Below are positions 1 to 5,313 of a stretch of DNA of 5,313 bases, one piece after another. The stretch is from Zygophlyctis sp. KS116. Its lineage: Eukaryota > Fungi > Chytridiomycota. Every line of letters starts with the position of its first letter. Position 1 is the stretch's first letter. The stretch lies in NCBI GenBank assembly GCA_054661495.1, contig BAAFSQ010000485.1:1-5313 (forward strand), written 5' to 3'. Made by a program: the position numbers and the translations under genes. The notes under the pieces are model-generated. The model was not told where the DNA came from, did no database searches, and saw only the letters and a list, made by a program, of their open reading frames with translations.

Positions 1-691
1 GTAGATTTATTAGAAAAAAAGTCTTTGGAAAAGATAAGACCGGAAAGAGTTCGAATTCAAATACAAGAGATTGGAAAAGACTCAGAGTCTGAAATTAATT
101 CTGAACCTGAAAAAAAGGAAAAGGAGATTTTAAAGGATGAAATAGTAGAGAATACACAAGAACCAACAAAATTTGAAAAAGATGAGAAAACTTTAAAAGA
201 ATGTAAATCTAGTGACGTGCTAGATATTTCAAGTCTTTCTCTAAAAGAGCCAAGTTGTTTTATGGATTTTGAAAGGGATTTTAAGAGGTTCAAGTCTAAT
301 CCACAAGTTTTATATCATTATATAAAGGTAAATTACTGCTACAATCAACTTTTAGAAATTGGATCCAGCAAGTTTCAAGATTCTTTTTGCTAATTCCTTT
401 CAAGAAGATTATTTAGCAAAGATGATTGATATTTTACATGATTTTTATATAATGTATGTACTTTTTGACTTAAAATTTAGGAATAAAGAGTTCACAGAAG
501 CATTAGAGCTTTTAAGAAACTTGATTTTAGTACCTAGATTTGGAATGATACAGATGTTTTTATCTAGAGCTCATAAACAAAGTAAATTTTAATGTCTAAA
601 GATTATAGAAATCGCCTCGATTTTTCAAAGTATCCAAGATAATGTCTCGGAAAATCTGGACTCTCTCAAGAATCTATATAAAATAAACTAG
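1..691 (+). CDS. RPAP3: RPAP3/SPAG1-like co-chaperone, C-terminal part with RPAP3_C domain (5' end outside window). Exons <1-327, 356-453, 481-581, 609-691
   Basis: Frame 1 is open from base 1. The spliced product ends ...EPSCFMDFERDFKRFKSNPQVLYHYIK|KLDPASFKILFANSFQEDYLAKMIDILHDFYIM|NKEFTEALELLRNLILVPRFGMIQMFLSRAHKQK|IASIFQSIQDNVSENLDSLKNLYKIN*, stop TAG 689-691. This matches the RPAP3_C pattern as I recall it from human RPAP3 (ESDFRQL..LYQYLKQIEP, ILHDFYI, RFDMAVMFMS). RPAP3 versus SPAG1 orthology cannot be settled here. Confidence 0.85.
328..355 (+). other. Spliceosomal intron, 28 nt (RPAP3-like), phase 0
   Basis: gtaaattactgctacaatcaacttttag; removal joins YIK|KLDP and links ORF 25..393 to ORF 359..592. 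Confidence 0.9.
454..480 (+). other. Spliceosomal intron, 27 nt, in-frame and stop-free (RPAP3-like), phase 2
   Basis: gtatgtactttttgacttaaaatttag; removal deletes YVLFDLKFR and restores the spacing seen in RPAP3_C after ILHDFYI. Confidence 0.8.
582..608 (+). other. Spliceosomal intron, 27 nt with in-frame stop (RPAP3-like), phase 1
   Basis: gtaaattttaatgtctaaagattatag; removal extends the protein into a terminal segment ending LDSLKNLYKIN*. Confidence 0.85.
682..687 (+). promoter_or_regulatory. Candidate polyadenylation signal AATAAA immediately before the RPAP3-like stop codon
   Basis: aaAATAAAcTAG; the hexamer is common in AT-rich DNA, so function is inferred from position only. Confidence 0.35.
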
Positions 692-761
692 AAATGGAAC
701 CTACTTAATATTATAAGTTGTTTCAATAATATTTGATCCTGCACAGAGTCTGCGATTCCAC

Positions 762-786
762 TTGTGTAAAGATTCTCTTTGCACAA
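762..786. repeat. Inverted repeat / hairpin, 11-bp stem with one G-U pair, 3-nt loop
   Basis: ttgtgtaaaga-ttc-tctttgcacaa. Confidence 0.6.
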
Positions 787-1046
787 TAATAAGATGTTAT
801 AAATTTGAGTATAGAACCTTCAAGATTTTATTTGAAGTGATCAAGATTACAAGCAATGCTTTTTATAATCTCAACATACTATATAATGCCGAAAATGAAC
901 ATTAATACTGATTCGTATTATGTCCGACCGTGATCTATAAGAACTAAGCCAGCATAACTGAATCCTGGTATTATAAAACAGATTGAAATATTGCCTGGTC
1001 CGATCAAGAATTATTACTAATCCCCTCATATATGTAAAAAGTAAAC

Positions 1047-1052
1047 TTTATT
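1047..1052 (-). promoter_or_regulatory. Candidate polyadenylation signal AATAAA overlapping the SMC1 stop codon
   Basis: minus strand reads gAATAAAg, containing the TAA stop. Confidence 0.4.
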
Positions 1053-4000
1053 CAGTAAATTTAGTTAAATCAAGTGTCAATACTCTACTAGAAATTTCTT
1101 GATTGTCTTTGTAAACACCAACTAGACCTTGAGCCATTTCATAAAAGGTATTCTTTAAAGAAATTACAATAAATTGTAAATCTTCGCTTGCATGCTTTCT
1201 TATATATCTGGCAATCTTGGATACATTTGTATTGTCTAGTGCAGCGTCTACTTCGTCCAATACGAAAAAGGGAGCAGGCCTATAGCTGTGAATAGCAAAC
1301 AAAAGTGCTAAAGCAGCAACTGTTTTTTCTCCTCCAGATAACAATTCCATTTCACGAAAGCGCTTCATTGGCGGCATGGCATGATACTTGACACCATCCA
1401 AATACGGTTCCTCAGAATCTTCAAGACTCAAATATGCTGTACCACCAAGAGGAAATGTTTTTGATTTTGTAAGTTCCTTGTAAATTTTATCAATTTGCTC
1501 TGAAATGTGGGAGTACGCCTTGAAAAAACGCCTATATCTTTCCTTCTTTACCGACTGAAAGGTGTCTTTGGCATACTTGGCCTCTTGTCTTGAATTTTCG
1601 AATTCCTCATTTGTCATTTTCAGTTTAGATTGAATTTCCCCGTACCTAATAATATCAAAATTTATGGATTTCATACTTATCAAGCATCTTAGAATTAGGG
1701 GCTAATTTCTCCAATTCTAATGTTATCGACCGAACATCTTCCCGGAGTTTAGTTTCGTATTCTGATGAAAAACTCTATAATTTAAGATTGAAATATGAAA
1801 TTACTTGCTTTGAATCTTTTTTGAGTCCAGAATAATCAATGAGAAAGTCTGATTCTTCATCTAACTCCATATTGCTTTTTGACACGGATTCCTAGTATTA
1901 ACAAAAGGAAGTATATATACATCAAGTTCATCCATAGATATGCTATTCAACGTTTTTCCATCAACAAATGGTATATCTATTTCTTCCATTTTGCAACGCC
2001 TTAAGATAGAGATCTTTTCAGCTTGAATACGTTCCACATCAGATTCCTACAAAACTTAAAAATTATATTTACCTTTGTAGAAAAAACTTTTGAATGAGAC
2101 TCAAAAGTTTGATTATGTTCAAATAATTCTTTTTTGAGCACATCCAAATCTTTCTGAATAGTTTCGTTTTCTTGATGAGCAGAGCGTAATAATTCCTTGT
2201 TTTTCTCTATATTTTCATCCAATTTATTCTGAATTGACTCCATTTCATTTTTCTGACGATTAAAAGCTTCTAAAGTTTTTAGCTCTTTTTCAAGACTAGC
2301 ATTAAGCTGTTTTAATCTGCTAGAGGCATCAGCTGAGGCATCAATTTCAAATGTCAATCTAAGAGTCATTCACCATTAAATTACTGGTTATTTAATTTCG
2401 CTTTTTCAGTGCAATATTTAAGCTGATGTTCTTTTTTTTCCTTATTGATATTCAGCTGATTTTCTTCATAGGCTCTAATATCGTTAATTGATGTTTTCCT
2501 GCAAAATGAAGCAAAGACCTGATTTTCAACTTCCCGAACTTTAGTATCCAATACAGATATTTTTTCTTTTGCGATTTCAATTTCTGACGAAACCTATAAA
2601 ATAAATACTCTGGAAAATTACAATTTCAAATGATCCGGTAAGCTCCGATATCTCTGTTTGGAACTCCAGCGTCTCCAACTTAATTCCATCCAATTTGCTC
2701 TCACTCGTGGTCTATCGGGTTATCAAATAAAGTACGTACTAAATCGTTTTCCAAGGAACGTAAACGAGATTCTAGGCCGGATATATCAAATGAAGCCTGA
2801 TCACTTTGGTTAAGCTTTCTTAGTTTCTTGGTAACTTCTTGGATTTGAGTCTGCAAATTTTCTCTGGCTTTCTGAATATCTACTTTTTAGACAAAGCATC
2901 ATCATACTTTCTACCTCCTTTTCTTCCCATCTTCTAGAAGAAGTGGAATTTGTAGAGCAACCACCTGTAATCATCCCGGTCTTATGAATAACTGTCCCTT
3001 CTAATGTCACAGCTATTTACTCGGTAAAATAAAAATAATTAATACCTTTAACTTCTTGTTTTCTGTCGTAACAAATACTTTTGGCAACTTCTAGAGTATC
3101 ACACACGATTGCACTCCCACAGGCAAACTGTAAAGCAATGTCAATACTCCCATCAGATTCAATCAAGTCAATCGCTAACTGGACACCCTTGGAAAAGGTA
3201 CGATACTTCTCATTGATTGGTTTGACGCTAAGTGAATCTAAAGGCAGGAATGTAGCTTGACCTGCTCTTTGATCCTTCATATACCTGATGCACTCAATCG
3301 CTGTCTTTTGGTCGCTGACCACTATCGCGTCCATATTACGACCAAGAACAACAGAAATGGCCGTTTCATATTTTCTATGAACAGGTTTACATAAATCAAA
3401 TATTCTGCCATAAACTCCTGATATTAAATAAGCCACTTTACCTGGAAAGATTCGTTTCAAAGAAGATAATGTCTCTTTAAACTTTTTTTGACGTTCAGAG
3501 GTTGTTTTATCAATACGTGCTTGAAAGAGTCGATTATTGGCATCATTCAATTTTTCCTCAAGTTCAGACTCCATCTGTTTCAAACGCTTTTTTTCAAATA
3601 TTGATTGTGAATTCTTAATTTTTTCTTCTTGTAATTCTTTTGCAACAGAATCTATTTCTTGAATCAACTTCTGCTTTTTAAAATTGATAGAATTAGAATC
3701 TTCTGATAAGGACCTTATTTTGGCCTGTACGTGCTGAATTCTCTCTTTAAAATCTTTTTCACGTTCTATTGTCAATGCCATCCCCCTTTCTATGAAAGAA
3801 ATTGTCTCTCTTTCCTTTACGGAATCTTGATTAGCAATATTTTTCAATTTCTGATATTCTGCTAAATCGTGATCATTCAATTCTTTGAAAAGCCGTGTCC
3901 TTTGAGACATATCATTTTCAAATTCCTCGTGATCAGAGTCTAGCTTTTGTAATTGACTCTTCATGTCTAAGATATGATTTTGCTATTATAAGTTTGTGCT

Positions 4001-5023
4001 ATATACCTTTTCTTGTAAATTTTCTTGTTCTTCTCTAACATTTTCGTTTATCTTTTCAATTTTCCTATTTCCATGTACAATTTTTTCATTAATTTGAAGC
4101 AAGTTTGGTCGTTTGTCTAATTTTTCCCTGTTCCCAGCGGAAATTACCCCTTCATATTTCATAATAACTTTTAGATTTTTAGCTTGACCTTTTTTTAATT
4201 CCTTGATTTTATCTTGAACCGATTCCTATAATTTGAATTTAAAAAATTACTTTTTTTTCTTCAAACTCTGTTAAATCCACTGATTTTTCTTTTAATTCCT
4301 CTTCAATCTTTGAAGCATCCTTGTCTAGATGAAACAGATTGTATAAAGCATGAATCACGGTCAAATTATTCTAATTGTTGAAAAATTAGATAATAATACC
4401 TTTTTCTTTAGCAAATCACTAAATCTTTGAGCCTCTTCCTTTTGTTCTTTGAGTATTTTAAGTTCAGCCGAGACAGATTTCTTTTTATTAAAGTTTAAAG
4501 CAGAACTCTCTGTAGCTTTTTCTGTCATTTCTTTTAGTTTTTCATATTCTTCCTTTAGCTCTATTGATCCTGAAATAGTTTCAATTAACCTTGTCAAATC
4601 TTTTGGCGACTGAGAAGCAATGGCCTCAACATCACCCTGAAATACCAGACAATTCTTTGCCCTTGAAAGAATATTTTCTCTTTGTAGAGCAGAATTATAT
4701 TCATTCCATGATACAATTTCATTATTAATCCTAAATTCTGAGGAATTCCGTACAATTCTCCTAGAAAACAGTAATTTTGAACCGTTTTTAATAAAAACAG
4801 CCGTTACAGAAGCTACATTTTCACCAGAATAAATCAGTTCGTGCAATGAATTTGACCGCAAGTTTGATGATTTAATTCCCAAAACAAAACTAATTGCATC
4901 CATTAAATTTGATTTTCCAGAGCCATTTGGGCCAATTACAGCCGTAAACGAAGAGAATGGACCAATTACCTGAGTTCCTCTGTAAGACTTGAAGTTTTCT
5001 AGAGTCAGTGATTCAAGTTTCAT
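1048..5023 (-). CDS. SMC1: Structural maintenance of chromosomes protein 1 (cohesin SMC1), 1204 aa. Exons 5023-4400, 4370-4251, 4225-4007, 3982-3442, 3417-3046, 3012-2908, 2879-2740, 2711-2622, 2593-2385, 2358-2073, 2046-1921, 1891-1805, 1774-1677, 1645-1048
   Basis: N-terminal head LENFKSY, Walker A GPNGSGKSNLMDAISFVLG, Q-loop LVFQGDVEAIA; hinge FPGVYGRIFDLC...GQATFLPL...AVTLEGTVIHKTGMITGG; C-terminal head EEPYLDGVKYHAMPPMKRFREMELLSGGEKTVAALALLFAIHSY, Walker B/D-loop FFVLDEVDAALD. These are SMC1-type motifs. Thirteen GT-AG introns (361 nt total) give an uninterrupted 3615-nt frame from ATG 5023 to TAA 1048. Confidence 0.97.
1646..1676 (-). other. SMC1 intron 13, 31 nt, phase 2
   Basis: gtatgaaatccataaattttgatattattag; joins APNSKMLDK|YGEIQSKL. 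Confidence 0.92.
1775..1804 (-). other. SMC1 intron 12, 30 nt, phase 0
   Basis: gtaatttcatatttcaatcttaaattatag; joins KDSKQ|SFSSEYE, leading into LEKLAPN. Confidence 0.88.
1892..1920 (-). other. SMC1 intron 11, 29 nt, phase 0
   Basis: gtatatatacttccttttgttaatactag; joins SMDELD|ESVSKS, leading into IDYSGL. Confidence 0.88.
2047..2072 (-). other. SMC1 intron 10, 26 nt, phase 0
   Basis: gtaaatataatttttaagttttgtag; joins VFSTK|ESDVERIQAEKISILRRCKMEEIDIP. Confidence 0.9.
2359..2384 (-). other. SMC1 intron 9, 26 nt, phase 2
   Basis: gtaatttaatggtgaatgactcttag; joins AKLNNQ|LTFE. Confidence 0.9.
2594..2621 (-). other. SMC1 intron 8, 28 nt, phase 0
   Basis: gtaattttccagagtatttattttatag; joins GSFEI|VSSEIE, leading into VENQVFASFC. 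Confidence 0.88.
2712..2739 (-). other. SMC1 intron 7, 28 nt, phase 0
   Basis: gtacgtactttatttgataacccgatag; joins GLESRLRSLENDL|TTSESK. Confidence 0.88.
2880..2907 (-). other. SMC1 intron 6, 28 nt, phase 1
   Basis: gtatgatgatgctttgtctaaaaagtag; joins RRWEEKEVE|NIQKAREN. Confidence 0.9.
3013..3045 (-). other. SMC1 intron 5, 33 nt, phase 1
   Basis: gtattaattatttttattttaccgagtaaatag; joins QEVK|AVTLEGT. Confidence 0.92.
3418..3441 (-). other. SMC1 intron 4, 24 nt, phase 1, in-frame and stop-free
   Basis: gtaaagtggcttatttaatatcag; removal turns FPGKVAYLISGVYGR into the conserved hinge-entry motif FPGVYGR. Confidence 0.88.
3983..4006 (-). other. SMC1 intron 3, 24 nt, phase 0, contains in-frame stops
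   Basis: gtatatagcacaaacttataatag; joins LQEK|QNHILDMKSQ. Confidence 0.88.
4226..4250 (-). other. SMC1 intron 2, 25 nt, phase 0
   Basis: gtaattttttaaattcaaattatag; joins FEEKK|ESVQDK. Confidence 0.9.
4371..4399 (-). other. SMC1 intron 1, 29 nt, phase 0
   Basis: gtattattatctaatttttcaacaattag; joins LLKKK|NNLTVIHALYNLFHLD. Confidence 0.9.
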
Positions 5024-5029
5024 AACAAA

Positions 5030-5060
5030 TTTAGCGGTTTAATACTTTAGCGGTTTAATA
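5030..5060. repeat. Perfect 15-bp direct repeat, two copies separated by 1 nt, 6 nt upstream of the SMC1 ATG
   Basis: tttagcggtttaata at 5030-5044 and 5046-5060. Confidence 0.9.
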
Positions 5061-5062
5061 TA

Positions 5063-5081
5063 CTGCAAGGTTCGCTTGCAG
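5063..5081. repeat. Perfect 7-bp inverted repeat with 5-nt spacer
   Basis: ctgcaag-gttcg-cttgcag, followed on + by g-ttttt. Confidence 0.75.
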
Positions 5082-5215
5082 GTTTTTCAATGGACTGAAA
5101 GAGATCTTGTTATTTTGAGTCGACTCTTGTAATGATTTACAGAAATACGTAAGATGTAAAAAATAATATTGAATTTATGGTGCAACCTTTAATTATTATC
5201 ATGCTTAATCTTAAT

Positions 5216-5313
5216 CTATAGAGTCTCTTCTCTGATACATTCCTTGATGCAAGCCTTGATATAATCCTTTATTGGAGATGAATCTTGAGCAATAAAACTC
5301 ATCATCATTCCAC
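5216..5313 (-). CDS. Possible 3' end of an unidentified upstream gene (runs off the window)
   Basis: Minus frame open from the window edge: GMMMSFIAQDSSPIKDYIKACIKECIREETL*, stop 5216-5218, followed by more AT-rich spacer. A second minus frame (WNDDEFY...RRDSID*) is also open, so the frame is uncertain; no family recognised. Confidence 0.4.
   Translation of the reverse strand, partial: GMMMSFIAQDSSPIKDYIKACIKECIREETL

Noticed and set aside
57-293. 78-aa minus-strand ORF
   Set aside because: S/F-rich antisense shadow of the E/K-rich linker on the + strand; no independent support.
717-905. 62-codon + strand open frame in the spacer
   Set aside because: No ATG, no convincing splice link to the upstream gene, no recognisable protein features.
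895-927. SECIS-like stem (ATGA...stem...CGA)
   Set aside because: The helix length and apical AA placement do not fit the SECIS consensus, and no in-frame TGA occurs in the visible coding sequence.
1048-5023. Five separate SMC-like ORFs suggesting a split gene, pseudogene or programmed frameshifting
   Set aside because: Every stop and frameshift is removed by a canonical 24-33 nt GTA...YAG intron, giving one full-length 1204-aa SMC1 with intact catalytic motifs.
1048-5023. Prokaryotic SMC-based system (Wadjet/MksBEF, Lamassu, SbcC)
   Set aside because: The motifs are eukaryotic cohesin SMC1, spliceosomal introns are present, and there are no operon partners.
5030-5100. tRNA gene or CRISPR-like repeat
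   Set aside because: No cloverleaf can be built; only two 15-bp copies with a 1-nt gap and no spacers.
5117-5126. 10-bp palindrome gagtcgactc
   Set aside because: A single short palindrome is expected by chance in 5 kb; no supporting context.
5149-5221. + strand GTAAGA...TAG 73-nt intron of a divergent gene
   Set aside because: Far outside the 24-33 nt size class, and all three downstream + frames hit stops before the window ends.
1-5313. Alternative genetic code (ciliate-type stop reassignment), prompted by the tiny introns
   Set aside because: No in-frame TAA, TAG or TGA in the reconstructed exons; genes end in TAG and TAA at the expected homologous positions.

Overview
Eukaryotic, AT-rich, gene-dense genomic DNA read in the standard code (TAA/TAG used as stops). 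The fragmented ORF track is explained by very small spliceosomal introns. (1) + strand 1-691: the 3' part of an RPAP3/SPAG1-like R2TP co-chaperone gene (RPAP3_C domain), with 3 introns. (2) - strand 5023-1048: a complete cohesin SMC1 gene that I reassembled by hand into 14 exons and 13 introns (3615 nt CDS including stop, 1204 aa, every junction frame-consistent). (3) A possible 3' end of another - strand gene at 5216-5313. All 16 introns are 24-33 nt, begin GTA and end YAG. Two are in-frame and stop-free, so they are hidden inside the ORF-track proteins. The protein sequences are fungal-like; together with the micro-introns this suggests an early-diverging compact fungal relative such as Rozellomycota (inference). 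I see no mobile element, CRISPR array or clearly new multi-gene system. The best leads are the micro-intron architecture, the repeat and hairpin element upstream of SMC1, and an unexplained 356-nt convergent spacer containing hairpins.
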